The notes below the pieces were generated by a model. That model saw only the letters and a list, made by a program, of their open reading frames with translations. It was not told the DNA's origin and did no database searches. A stretch of 64,000 bases of DNA from Felis catus (taxonomy: Eukaryota). Positions 35,600 through 49,193 of this stretch are shown here, piece by piece. A program made the position numbers and the translations under genes. How positions within the stretch are numbered: the stretch's first letter is position 1; the number at the start of each line of letters is the position of its first letter. The DNA is taken from assembly GCF_018350175.1 (NCBI RefSeq), contig NC_058368.1, positions 116,624,001-116,688,000 of the forward strand, in the 5' to 3' direction.

Positions 35600-37996
35600 A
35601 TGGTTATTACCCTGGAAGGCCCACTGGGATCTCGGTGTCTGCTGCTCTCGCTTCTGCTGCTCGTAGCCTGGGAGGAGGGCAGCTGCCAGGTTCAGTACTC
35701 GGTCCCGGAGGAGGCTAAACATGGCACCTTCGTGGGCCGCATCGCCCAGGACCTGGGGCTGGAGCTGGCGGAGCTGGTGCCGCGCCTTTTCCGAGTGGAG
35801 TCCAAAGGCCGCGGGGATCTTCTCGAGGTAAATCTGCAGAATGGCATTTTGTTTGTGAATTCTCGGATCGACCGGGAGGAGCTGTGTGGGCGAAACGCGG
35901 AGTGCAGCATCCACCTGGAGGTGATCGTGGACAGGCCGCTGCAGGTTTTCCATGTGGAAGTGGTGGTGAAGGACATTAATGACAACCCGCCTGTGTTTCG
36001 TTTAAAGGAACAAAGAGTGCTGATTTACGAATCAAGGCTGCCAGATTCTCTGTTTCCACTAGAGGGCGCGTCAGATGCGGATGTTGGCTCAAATTCTCTT
36101 TTAACCTATAGACTCAGTTCCAGCGAATACTTCTCCCTAGATGTGAAAACCAACAGTGATGACAATACACAAATTGGGCTCGTATTAAAGAAATCCTTGG
36201 ACAGAGAGGAAGCTCCCGAACATAACTTATTTCTGACAGCCACTGACGGAGGCAAACCTGAACTCACAGGCACTGTTCAGCTGCTGGTCACTGTGCTGGA
36301 CGTGAATGACAATGCTCCCGATTTCGAACAGACTGAATATGAAGTAAGAATATTCGAAAACTCGGGTAATGGAACAATAGTAATCAGACTTAATGCTTCT
36401 GATCGGGATGAAGGAGTGAATGGGGAGATTTCATACTCTTTTAATAGTCTCGTTCCAACCATGGTTAGCGACCAGTTTAAAATAGATCCAAATACTGGAG
36501 AAATAGTACTTAGAGGGAATTTAGATTTTGAAAAAGTGAATTTATACAAAATTCGTATTGACGCGACGGACAAAGGCCACCCACCCATGGCTGGCCATTG
36601 CACCGTTTTATTGAAGGTTTTGGATGAAAATGATAATGTCCCTCAGATTGCATTGACTTCTTTATCCTTACCTGTCCGAGAGGACGCTCAGTTAGGTACT
36701 GTGATTGCCCTCATTAGCGTGTCAGATCTCGACTCCGGTGCCAACGGCCAGGTGACCTGCTTTCTGACGCCCCATGTCCCCTTCAAGCTGGTGTCCACCT
36801 TCAAGAATTACTATTCGCTGGTGCTGGACAGCGCCCTGGACCGCGAGAGCGTGGCGAACTATGAGCTGCTGGTGACCGCACGGGACGGGGGCTCGCCTTC
36901 GCTGTCGGCCACGGCCAGCGTGTCCGTGGAAGTGGCCGACGTGAACGACAACGCGCCGACATTCGCGCAGGCCGAGTACACGGTGTTCGTGAAGGAGAAC
37001 AACCCTCCCGGCTGCCACATCTTCACGGTGTCCGCGCGGGACGCGGACGCGCAGGAGAACGCGCTGGTGTCCTACTCGCTGGTGGAGCGGCGGGTGGGCG
37101 AGCGTGCGCTGTCGAGCTACGTGTCGGTGCACGCGGAGAGCGGCAAGGTGTACGCGCTGCAGCCGCTGGACCACGAGGAGCTGGAGCTGCTGCAGTTCCA
37201 AGTGAGCGCGCGCGACGCGGGCGTGCCCCCGCTGGGCAGCAACGTGACGCTGCAGGTGTTCGTGCTGGACGAGAACGACAACGCGCCCGCGCTGCTGCCG
37301 CTGCCTGGGGCGGGCGGCGCGGGCGGCGCCGTGAGCGAGCTGGTGTGGCGGTCGGTGGGCGCGGGCCACGTGGTGGCGAAGGTGCGCGCGGTGGACGCGG
37401 ACTCGGGCTACAACGCGTGGCTGTCGTACGAGCTGCAGCCGGCGGCGGGTGGCGCGCGCAGCCTGTTCCGCGTGGCGCTGTACACGGGCGAGATCAGCAC
37501 GACGCGCAGCCTGGACGAGGCGGACTCGCCGCGCCAGCGCCTGCTGGTGCTGGTGAGGGACCACGGCGAGCCGGCGCTGACGGCCACGGCCACCGTGCTG
37601 CTGTCGCTGGTGGAGAGCGGCCAGGCGCCCAAGGCCTCGTCGCGGGTGTTGGCGGGCGCCGCTGGCGCGGAGACGGCGCTGGTGGATGTCAACGTGTACC
37701 TGATCATCGCCATCTGCGCGGTGTCCAGCCTGCTGGTGCTCACGCTGCTGCTGTACGTGGCGCTGCGGTGCTCGGCGCCGCCCAGCGAGGGCGCGTGCGG
37801 GCCGGGGAAGCCCACGCTGGTGTGTTCCAGCGCGGTGGGGAGCTGGTCGTACTCGCAGCAGAGGCGGCAGAGGGTGTGCTCTGGGGAGGGTCCGCCCAAG
37901 ACCGACCTCATGGCTTTTAGCCCTGGCCATCCACCCTGTCCATTAGTGGGTGATACGAGCCAACATCAGGATTTAAATGATGATCATGGTGCCAAG
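35600..37996 (+). CDS. PCDHA6: Protocadherin-alpha 6-like variable exon
   Basis: ATG 35600 chosen from signal-peptide length (in-frame upstream ATGs exist). [19 protein letters not shown] and tail [10 protein letters not shown] match recalled PCDHA6. Donor AAG|GTAAGT at 37997. Confidence 0.82.
36056..36069 (+). promoter_or_regulatory. Exonic CTCF site (eCBS) in PCDHA6-like exon
   Basis: CCACTAGAGGGCGC. Confidence 0.75.
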
Positions 37997-38439
37997 GTAA
38001 GTCTGAATTTTCATAATTAACATTTAATATATACTTGAAATGTTAAATTGTTTCCCAAGAATTTTTTATGTTTTCCTATTTGTAAAAATTGGAATACATT
38101 TACTTAAAATACATCTGTTCATTATTTGGTTAACTATCATAATCTATGTGGTTTGTTACTGGTCTTAATTTAAACTGGAACGAGACTTTCTGTTTGTGGT
38201 GTTTCCTTTAATTGTGATAAACATTTTTTTCTAATTAATTCTGTAGAATTTTTCATTTCTTTGTGTTTGATCCAAATAGTGTAGAAAGAGAAATTCAAGG
38301 GAATTTGCACTTTGAGCAAGTAAATTCATATAAAATATGCATTCCTCAGGCACTGCAAATCTCTTGAAAAAGTAAATTTTGAAAAATCTCTTATTTTGAA
38401 TTTTATTTGGTGAGTTGCTTTTCAAGGAGAGCTATTTCT

Positions 38440-41400
38440 TTAAAAATTTTTTAAATTTAAATTCCAGTTAGTTAACATACAGAGTTACATTAGTTTCAGG
38501 TGTACAACTTAGTGATTCAATATTTTCATACAATACCGGATGCTCATCACAAGTGCACTCCTTAATCCCTATCATCTATTTAACCCTATGGTAAACATCA
38601 GTTTGCTCTCTATAGTTAAGGGTCTGTTTCTTGATTTGCTTCTTTCTTTTTTCCCCTTTTCTCTTCGTTTTGTTTCTTAAATTGCACATATGAATGAAAT
38701 CATATCGTATTGGTCTTTCTCTGACTTATTTTTCTTAGCATAATACTCTAGCTCCATCCACCTTGTTGCAAATGGCAAGATTTCATTCTTTTTATGGCTG
38801 AGTAATATTCCATCGTGAATCTATGTACCACATTTTCTTTATCCATTCATCAGTTGAAGGACACTTGGGCTGTTTCCATACTTTGCCTATTGTAGATAAT
38901 GCTGCTGTAAACATCAGTGTGCATGCATCCCTTTGAATTATTATTTTTGTATTCTTTGGTAAATACCTAGTAGTGCAATTGCTGGGTAATAGGGTAGTTC
39001 TGTTTTGAACTTTTGGAGGAATCTCCATACTGTGTTCCAGAGTGGCTGCACCAGTTTGCATTCTCACCAGCAGTGTAGGAGGGTTCCCCTTTCTTCACAT
39101 CCTTGTCAACACCCGTGGTTTCTTGTGTTTTTGATTGTAGACATTCTGACATGTATGCCATGATATCTCATTATAGTTTTGATTTGTATTTCCCTGACTG
39201 TGAGTGATATTGAGCATCTTTTCTTTTGTCTTTGGGCCATATGGATGTCTATTTTGGAAAAATGTCTATTCATGTCTTCTGCCCATTTTAAATCAGATTA
39301 TTCATTTTGGGGTGTTGAGTTTTATAAGTACTCCCTATATTTGGATATCAACCCTTTATTAGATATGTCATTTGCAAATATCTTCCCCATTCTGCAGGTT
39401 GCCTTTTACTTTTGTTGACTGATTCCTTCACTTACCAGAAGTTTTTATTTTGATGAAGTTCCAATGGTTTATTTTGCTTTTGTTTCCCTTGCCTCAGTTG
39501 ACATATCTAGAAAGAACTTGCTATTGGTCATGTCAAAAAGGTTACTACTTGCGTTCTCCTCTAGGATTTTCACAGTTTCAGGTCTATCATTTAGGTCTTT
39601 AATTTACTTTGAATTTATTTTTGTGTATTATTTTGTGTAAGAAAGTGGTCCAATTTGTTCTTTTGCATGTTATCATCCGGTTTTCCCGACACCATTTGTT
39701 GAAGAGACTTTTTTCCCTTGGATATTATTTTCTTCTTTGTCAAAGATTAATTGACCATTTAGTTGTGGGTTCATTTCTGGGTTTTCTATTCTGTTCTGTT
39801 GATCTCTGTGTCTATTTTTGTACCAATACCATGCTGTCTTGATCACTACAGGTTTGGAATATAACTTGAAGTCCAGAGATGTGATGCCTCCAGCTTTGGT
39901 TTTATTTTTCAAGGTTGCTTTGGCTCTTCAGGGTCTTTTGTGACCTAAAATGTAAATTTTTGGATTATTTGTTCCTGCTCTATGAAAAATGCTGCTGATA
40001 TTTTGTTAGGGATTGCATTATATGTGTAGATTGCACTGGGTAGTTTTGACATTTTAACAATATTTGTTCTTTGAATCCATGAGCAGGGAATGTCTTTCCA
40101 TTTCTTTGTGTCATCGTCAATTTCTTTCACAAGTGTTTTATAGTTTTCACAGTACAGGTATTTTACCCCTTTGGTTAGGTTTATTCCTAGGCATCTTATT
40201 GGTTTTGATGTAAGTGTGAATGAGATTGATTCCTTAATTTCTCTTTCTGCTATTTCATTATTGGTGTATAGAAATGCAACAGATTTCTGCACGTTAATTT
40301 TGTGTCTTGCGACCTTACTGAATTTGTGTATCATTTCTAACAGTTTTTTGGTGGAGTCTTTCAGGTTTCCTACATAGAGTATCAAGTCATCTGCAAATAG
40401 TCAAAGTTTGACTTCTTCCTTGCTGATTTGGATGCCTTTTATTTCTTTTTGTTGTCTGACTGCTGTGGCTGGGACTTCCAGTACTATGTTAAATAACAGT
40501 AGTGAGAGTGGACATCCTTATCTTTTTCATGACTGTAGAGGAAAAGCTCTCAGTTTTTCCTCACTGAGAATATTAGCTGTGGGTTTTTAACATATGGCCT
40601 TTATTATGTTGAGGTATATTCCCTCTAAACCTACTTTGTTGAGAGTTTTTATCATGAGTGGATTTTGTGCTTTGTCAAATGCTTTTTCTGCATCTACTGA
40701 AAGGATCATATGGTTCTTATTCTTTATTTTTGGGGTGTATTACATTGATTTATAAATAAATTAAAGTAATATTCTTTATTAATGGGGTATATTACATTGA
40801 TTGATTTGTAAATATTGAACCACCTTGCAACCTAGGAATAAATCCCACTTGATCATGGTGAATGATTTTTTTTTTTAATGTATTGTTGGATTCAGCCTCA
40901 GAATAAGTTTGGAAGTTTTCTTTACCTTTCCGTTTTTTCAAATAGTTTGAGAAGAATAGGTATTAACTCTTCTTTTTTTTTTTAACTTTTGTATTCCCAT
41001 CTTTTTTTTTTAATATTTATTTATTTTTGAAAGAGAGAGAGACACACACACACAGTGTGAGTAGGGGAGGGGCAGAGAGAGAGGGAGACAGAATCTGAAG
41101 AAGGCTCCAGGCTCCAAGCTGTCAGCATAGAGCCCAGTGTGGAACTTGAACTCATGAACTGTGAGATCATGACCTGAGCTGAAGTTGGACACTTAACTCA
41201 CTGAGCCACCCACTCACCCCTATTAACTCTTCTTTAAATGTTTGGTAGAATTTGCCTTGAAGCCATCTGCCCTGGACTTTTGTTTCTTGGGAGTTTTTTG
41301 ATTACTGATTCCATTTCTTTGCCATTTCAGAAATAGGTCTGTTCAAGTTTTCTGTTTCTTCCTATTTCAGTTTTGGTAATTATATGTTTGTAGGAATTTA

Positions 41401-42395
41401 TCCATCTCTTTCAGGTTGTCCAATTTATCGGCATATAGTTTTTCATAACATTCTCTTATAATTGTTTGTATTTATGTGGTGTTGGTTGTTATTTCTCCTC
41501 TCTGTGATTTTTAAAAATTTGGGTCTTTTCTCTTTTCTTTCTGATAAGTCTGCCTAGACGTTTATGAATTTTATTAATGTTTTCAAAGAACCAGCTTCTG
41601 GTTTCATTGATCTGTTCTATTGTTTTTCTCTTTTTTTAAGTTTGTATATCATTTATTTCTGCTCTAATCTCTCCTATTTCCCTCCATCAGTTGGCTTTAG
41701 GCTTCATTTATTGTTCTTCCTCTAGCTCCTTTAGGTGTAAGTTCAGGCTGTTTATTTGAGATTTTTTCTTGCTTCTTAAGGTAACCCTGTATTGCTATAT
41801 ACTTTTTTTCTTAGGACAGCTTTTGCTGCATCGCCAAGGTTTTGGACCATCATTTGTTTCTATGTATTTTTAAAAATCTCTTCTTTGATTTCCTGGTTGA
41901 CCCATTCAATGTGTATCATCATGATGTTTAACCTCCCTGTATTTGTGGTCTTTCCAGATTTTTCTTGTGGTTGACTTCTAGTTTCATAGTGTTCTGGTTA
42001 GAAAAGGTGCATAGTGTGATTTCAGTCTTTTTATATTTGTTGAGGCTTGATTTGTGACCTAATAAGTGATCTATTCTGGAGAATGTTCCATGTGCACTCC
42101 AGAAGAATGTGAATTCTACTGCTTTAGGATGGAATGTTCTGAATATAACTGTTAAGTCCATCTGGTCCAATGTGTCATTTAAAGCCATTGTTTCCTTGTT
42201 TATTTTCTGTTTAAATGATCTCTCCATTGATATAAGTGGGGTGGTAAAGTCCCCTACTGTTATTGCATTCTTATCAATTAGTTCCCTTATATTTGTTATT
42301 AGTTGTTTTACATATTTGGGTGCTTTCACGTTGGGTGCATAAATATTTACAATTGTTAGATCTTCTTGGATTGTCTCCTTCATTATGATATAGTA
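38440..42395 (-). mobile_element. Carnivore L1, 3' UTR to the ORF2 endonuclease domain, disrupted
   Basis: Minus ORFs include TIVNIYAPN..GDFTTPL..FSRIDH (endonuclease), FSKVARHKINVQKS (RT) and WYKNRHRDQ. Confidence 0.92.
40976..41220 (-). mobile_element. Can-SINE nested in L1
   Basis: TSD tattaactcttcttt. Confidence 0.9.
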
Positions 42396-42399
42396 CCCT

Positions 42400-43615
42400 C
42401 CTTTAAGGTAAGTGTACTCTTAATCCCCTTTACCTATTTCACCCTTCTTCCCACCCACCTCCCCTCTGGTAACCATCTTCTCTTAGTTAAGAGTCTGTTT
42501 TTTGGTTTGTTTGTCTCATTTTCCCCCTTTATTCATTTGTTTTGTTTCTTAAATTCCACATATGAATGAAATCATATGGTATTTGTATTTCTCTGACTGA
42601 TTTATTTTACTTAGCATTATACTCTCTAGATGTATCCATATATTTGCAAATGGCAGGATTTCATTCTTTTTATGGCTAAATAATATTCCATTGTATATAT
42701 ATATATATACCATCTCTTCTTTAGCCACTCATCTATCAATGGAAATGGGCTGCTTCCATAATTTGGCTGTTGTAAATAATGCTGCAGTAAACAGGGGTGC
42801 ATATATCCCTTCAACTTGGTGTTTTCATATTCTTTGGGTAGATACTCAGTAGCGTAATAAATGGACCATATGATAATTCTATTTTTAAATTTTTGATGAA
42901 CTTCCATATTGTCTTCGATAGTGTCCACACCAGTTTGCATCCCTCCCAAAAGTGCATGAGGGTTCCATTTTCTCCATATCATCACCAATACTTGTTGCCT
43001 TTTTTTTTTAATTTTAGCCATTCTGATAGGTATGAGGTGATACCTCATTATGGTTTTGACTAGCGTTTCCCTGCTGTTGAGTGAATGTTGGACATCTTTT
43101 CGTGTGTCTTTTGGCCATCTGTATGTTTTCTTTGGAGAAATGTCTATTCACATTTTCTGCCCATTTTTAATTGGATTATTTGGTTTTTGGGTGTTGAGTT
43201 GTATAAGTTCTTTATACATTTTGGATACTAACCCTTCAGATGTGTCATCTGGAAATATCTTCTCCCATTCAGTTGGTTGTCTTTTAGTTTTGTTGCCTGT
43301 TTCCTTTGCTGTGCAAAAGTTTTTTATTTTAATGAGGTCCGAATAGTTTATTTTTGCTTTTATTTACCTTGCCTCAGGTGACACATCTAGAAAGATGTTA
43401 TGGCCAATGTCAGAGAAATTACTGCAAGTGCTCATTTCTATGATTTTTATGATTTCAGCTCTCACATTTAGGTCCTTAATCCATTTTGAGTTTATTTTTG
43501 TATATGGCGTAAGAAAGTGGTCCATTTTCATTCTTTTGCATGAGCTGTCTGTTTTTCCAACATCATTTGTTGAAGAGACTGTATTTTTTTCCATTGCATA
43601 TTCTTGCTTCCAAGT
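42400..43615 (-). mobile_element. Second L1 3' fragment abutting the first
   Basis: [34 protein letters not shown]. Confidence 0.88.
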
Positions 43616-44625
43616 TTTGTGAGTTTCAGAATTTTAGTGAACATTTATATTTCTTGCTTATTTAAAAGAAAGGTATGTGTAAGTCAAAGAAAGGAGGGTC
43701 ACCAGGATGATGTGAGCTTTGGAAGTTGTATTATCTGAGTAACTGATTATGTTACCCATGACTGTAACTTTTTTGTAATGTAGTTTGATTTTTTTTAACT
43801 CTAAATTAGACTCTGATTTGTATGGTCACATAAATTCACCCCTCTAGCTCACACCTAGTTGGACGAATATGTAATGTCCACAGCAGACTTTCAAGAACCA
43901 TTTATAGTACTTAACTTTAAAGAAATGAGGGCGCTTTAAAAATGTGAACCAGTAGGCTTAGCTAAATTATATTCATAGTTGCTGTTTATAGAATTGTTAT
44001 TAGTATACCTTTTGAGTTTATAGTCAACATATCATCCTGAAATATTCTTTAACTTATAACTAGCTCCCCTATTCTCCATTTTAAAAGGAAATCTAAGTTA
44101 AGACTACAATTTCCAACCAACCAGTCTTAAACATTTTTTATAAACCTATGCCACTGTAAGTTATATGACTAAATGCTATTAAAGACAATTAATTATGAGA
44201 AATGTGGTTTTAAAATTTGTACCTGCTCTTATTTAGTGTTACTACATAAATGGTATGCCTCTGTGGTTTTATTGTCCATTTTTGTGCTAATTAAAACCAT
44301 GCAGATTGGAAAAATCTCAGGCAGATCAAAATTGGAAAGCAATACAGGTGTAATAATTATTCTACTTGCAATTGGGAACATGGGAATAAAATACTCATGA
44401 GAATTTGCTCTGTTAAGTAAAACTGAAAATGATAAAACACCCCAAGCTTGATTGAAGGATTGCTCTAAGTATGACAGATGAATACTAACATTATGTGATG
44501 AAATAAATTTATGTTATGAAATAATCTCAATTAAATTGGAGACTGTAAAAACAGGTGGACATTCATAAAATCTGGGACTTAGAAAGAATGGAAAGAATAA
44601 AGAGATAAGAACCATGAACTTTTGG

Positions 44626-46014
44626 CACAAAAACAGACACATAGACCAATGGAATAGAATAGAAACCCCAGAACTAGACCCACAAACGTATGGCCAACTC
44701 ATCTTTGACAAAGCAGGAAAGAACATCCAATGGAAAAAAGACAGCCTCTTTAACAAATGGTGCTGGGAGAACTGGACAGCAACATGCAGAAGGTTGAAAC
44801 TAGACCACTTTCTCACACCATTCACAAAAATAAACTCAAAATGGATAAAGGACCTGAATGTGAGACAGGAAACCATCAAAACCTTAGAGGAGAAAGCAGG
44901 AAAAGACCTCTCTGACCTCAGCCGTAGCAATCTCTTACTCGACACATCCCCAAAGGCAAGGGAATTAAAAGCAAAAGTGAATTACTGGGACCTTATGAAG
45001 ATAAAAAGCTTCTGCACAGCAAAGGAAACAACCAACAAAACTAAAAGGCAACCAACGGAATGGGAAAAGATATTCGCAAATGACATATCGGACAAAGGGC
45101 TAGTATCCAAAATCTATAAAGAGCTCACCAAACTCCACACCCGAAAAACAAATAACCCAGTGAAGAAATGGGCAGAAAACATGAATAGACACTTCTCTAA
45201 AGAAGACATCCGGATGGCCAACAGGCACATGAAAAGATGTTCAGCGTCGCTCCTTATCAGGGAAATACAAATCAAAACCACACTCAGGTATCACCTCACG
45301 CCAGTCAGAGTGGCCAAAATGAACAAATCAGGAGACTATAGATGCTGGCGAGGATGTGGAGAAATGGGAACCCTCTTGCACTGTTGGTGGGAATGCAAAT
45401 TGGTGCAGCCGCTCTGGAAAGCAGTGTGGAGGTTCCTCAGAAAATTAAAAATAGACCTACCCTATGACCCAGCAATAGCACTACTAGGAATTTATCCAAG
45501 GGATACAGGAGTACTGATGCATAGGGCCACTTGTACCCCAATGTTCATAGCAGCACTCTCAACAATAGCCAAATTATGGAAAGAGCCTAAATGTCCATCA
45601 ACTGATGAATGGATAAAGAAATTGTGGTTTATATACACAATGGAGTACTACGTGGCAATGAGAAAAAATGAAATATGGCCTTTTGTAGCAACGTGGATGG
45701 AACTGGAGAGTGTGATGCTAAGTGAAATAAGCCATACAGAGAAAGACAGATACCATATGGTTTCACTCTTATGTGGACCCTGAGAAATTAACAGGAACCC
45801 ATGGGGGAGGGGAAGGAAAAAAAAAAAAAACAGGTTAGAGTGGGAGAGAGCCAAAGCATAAGAGACTCTTAAAAACTGAGAACAAACTGAGGGTTGATGG
45901 GGGGTGGGAGGGAGGAGAGGGTGGGTGATGGGTATTGAGGAGGGCACCTTTTGGGATGAGCACTGGGTGTTGTATGGAAACCAATTTGTCAATAAACTTC
46001 ATAAAAAAAAAAAA
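44626..46014 (+). mobile_element. Very young 5'-truncated feline L1 (~1.4 kb)
   Basis: Uninterrupted ORF2 C-terminus, 3' UTR, AATAAA and poly-A; TSD AAGAACCATGAACTTTTGG at 44607-44625 and 46015-46033. Confidence 0.96.
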
Positions 46015-46582
46015 AAGAACCATGAACTTTTGGAATGGAGTATATAAATTCTGATGAAAAGAAAAATTCAAGATACTTTCTCCATGCAAAATTCACTTAA
46101 TACAAATGATTTCTCTTCAAAGACCCCACTAACCCTCTATTATTGTGTTTTCTCAAGAAAAGTATATGAATTAGTTGCTTATATTCCTTGCTTCCTACAA
46201 ACAAATACCTCTTCTAAGTTTTTCTTCCATTCGTAAATACTTGAGATCTTGGGTCCCTAGAGATACCAAGAATTTTCTTAACAGAAATCTAAGAAATGAA
46301 GCTGTCTGAACTTTATATAAACAAAAGATTTTAAAATTTACTGCTCCTGACATGATTCATTTTATTTTTATTTTAAAACTGGGAAAACGTATTTTCAAGG
46401 CATAAGGAGACCACGGTTATGGTCACACTAAATATTCAGAAGTTAAGTCTCTTAATGCTTTCAGCAAACATGAGAAGTGTTGTTCTACGCTTTAAGAAAA
46501 CTGAAGGAAAAAAATCAGAGGTTAAAATAAAATTTAACATTTATTAATAAAATTGATAATTATAGTTCGTACTTACTATTTG

Positions 46583-46607
46583 ACCACATGATGTCGCTCT
46601 TTACCGC
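46583..46607 (+). promoter_or_regulatory. CSE / pCBS of PCDHA7-like exon
   Basis: ACCACATGATGTCGCTCTTTACCGC; CGCT at 46595. Confidence 0.9.
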
Positions 46608-46796
46608 GAAATTCTCTCATTCAAGACAAAACGAAGTCCTCCGTTTTCATATTAGAAAGATTCTCCCCTGTGTTTTTCTATGTGGATGTTGAACAATGGA
46701 GAGCACATCAGGATAGTAACGAAGAGATAAGATTCCTCCAAATTTTGAGATAAGTTACGCCGATTTGAATAATTTTAAAATCCCAATTAATTTGAA

Positions 46797-49193
46797 ATGG
46801 TGTACTCGAATCGAGGCGACCGGGGGCACCAGCATCTACTGCTGTTTTTTATAATCCTCACAGCCTGGGAAAGCGGGAGCGGCCAGGTCCACTACTCAGT
46901 CCCGGAGGAGGCCAAACACGGCACCTTCGTGGGCCGCATCGCGCAGGACTTGGGGCTGGAGCTGGCGGAGCTGGTGCCGCGCCTTTTCCGAGTGGAGTCC
47001 AAAGGCCGCGGGGATCTTCTCGAGGTAAATCTGCAGAATGGTATTTTGTTTGTGAATGCTCGGATCGACCGGGAGGAGCTGTGTGGGCGGAGCGCGGAAT
47101 GCAGCATCCACCTGGAGGTGATCGTGGACAGGCCTCTGCAGGTTTTCCATGTGGAAGTGGAGGTGAAGGACATTAACGACAACCCGCCCGTATTCCCGGA
47201 GACAAAAAAGAATCTGTTTATAGCCGAATCCAGGATGCTTGACTCTAGGTTTCCACTAGAGGACGCTTCCGATGCAGATATCGAGGAGAACGCTCTGTTG
47301 ACTTACAGACTGAGCCCCAACGAGTTTTTCTCTCTGGACGTACCAACCAATGGCGAACAGGAAAAACCTCTTGGTCTTGTATTACGGAAATCTTTAGACA
47401 GGGAAGAATCTCCGGAACTTCATTTATTGCTCACAGCCACTGATAGAGGCAAACCTGAGCTGACTGGCACTGTTCAGTTACTCATCAAAGTTCTGGATGC
47501 CAATGACAACGCACCAGTTTTCGACAGAACACTCTATGCGGTGAAATTACCAGAAAATGTTCCCAATGGAACATTAGTAATTAAACTTAATGCCTCAGAT
47601 TTGGATGACGGCATGAATGGGGATATTATTTACTCATTCTCTAGTGACGTTTCCCCAGATATAAAATCTAAATTCTACATGGATGCCATAAATGGAGAAA
47701 TTATAGCAATAGGACATATCGATTTTGAAGAATGTAAAACCTACAAAATTCGAGTAGAAGCGATCGATAAAGGCTATCTACCACTAGCTGGTCACTGTAC
47801 AGTTCTTGTGCAAGTTTTGGACGCTAATGATAATGCTCCAGAGTTGACTGTTACTTCCCTGTCTCTCCCTATCTCAGAGAATGCTCAGCGGGGCACAGTC
47901 ATCACCTTGATCAGTGTGTCTGACCGAGATTCTGGAGCTAATGGCCAGGTGACCTGCACACTGTCGCCCCATGTCCCCTTCAAGCTGGTGTCCACCTTCA
48001 AGAATTACTATTCGCTGGTGCTGGACAGCGCCCTGGACCGCGAGAGCGTGGCGAACTATGCTCTAGTAGTGACAGCACGGGACGGGGGCTCGCCTTCGCT
48101 GTCGGCCACGGCCAGCGTGTCCGTGGAAGTGGCCGACGTGAACGACAACGCGCCGACATTCGCGCAGGCCGAGTACACGGTGTTCGTGAAGGAGAACAAC
48201 CCTCCCGGCTGCCACATCTTCACGGTGTCCGCGCGGGACGCGGACGCGCAGGAGAACGCGCTGGTGTCCTACTCGCTGGTGGAGCGGCGGGTGGGCGAGC
48301 GTGCGCTGTCGAGCTACGTGTCGGTGCACGCGGAGAGCGGCAAGGTGTACGCGCTGCAGCCGCTGGACCACGAGGAGCTGGAGCTGCTGCAGTTCCAAGT
48401 GAGCGCGCGCGACGCGGGCGTGCCCCCGCTGGGCAGCAACGTGACGCTGCAGGTGTTCGTGCTGGACGAGAACGACAACGCGCCCGCGCTGCTGCCGCTG
48501 CCTGGGGCGGGCGGCGCGGGCGGCGCCGTGAGCGAGCTGGTGTGGCGGTCGGTGGGCGCGGGCCACGTGGTGGCGAAGGTGCGCGCGGTGGACGCGGACT
48601 CGGGCTACAACGCGTGGCTGTCGTACGAGCTGCAGCCGGCGGCGGGTGGCGCGCGCAGCCCGTTCCGCGTGGCGCTGTACACGGGCGAGATCAGCACGAC
48701 GCGCAGCCTGGACGAGGCGGACTCGCCGCGCCAGCGCCTGCTGGTGCTGGTGAGGGACCACGGCGAGCCGGCGCTGACGGCCACGGCCACCGTGCTGCTG
48801 TCGCTGGTGGAGAGCGGCCAGGCGCCCAAGGCCTCGTCGCGGGTGTTGGCGGGCGCCGCTGGCGCGGAGACGGCGCTGGTGGATGTCAACGTGTACCTGA
48901 TCATCGCCATCTGCGCGGTGTCCAGCCTGCTGGTGCTCACGCTGCTGCTGTACGTGGCGCTGCGGTGCTCGGCGCCGCCCAGCGAGGGCGCGTGCGGGCC
49001 GGGGAAGCCCACGCTGGTGTGTTCCAGCGCGGTGGGGAGCTGGTCTTACTCGCAGCAGAGGCGGCAGAGGGTGTGCTCTGGGGAGGGTCCGCCCAAGACC
49101 GACCTCATGGCCTTCAGCCCCAGCCTTCCACCCGGTCCCATTGGCGGGAATAGAGAAGAACAGCTGGATGTGGATGTTGATCTTTCTGCCAAA
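46797..49193 (+). CDS. PCDHA7: Protocadherin-alpha variable exon: PCDHA7-like ectodomain with a tail identical to PCDHA3
   Basis: HLLLFFIIL signal peptide and [15 protein letters not shown] match recalled PCDHA7. The 3' end and donor AAA|GTGAGT (49194) are identical to those of the 22437 exon. Confidence 0.8.
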
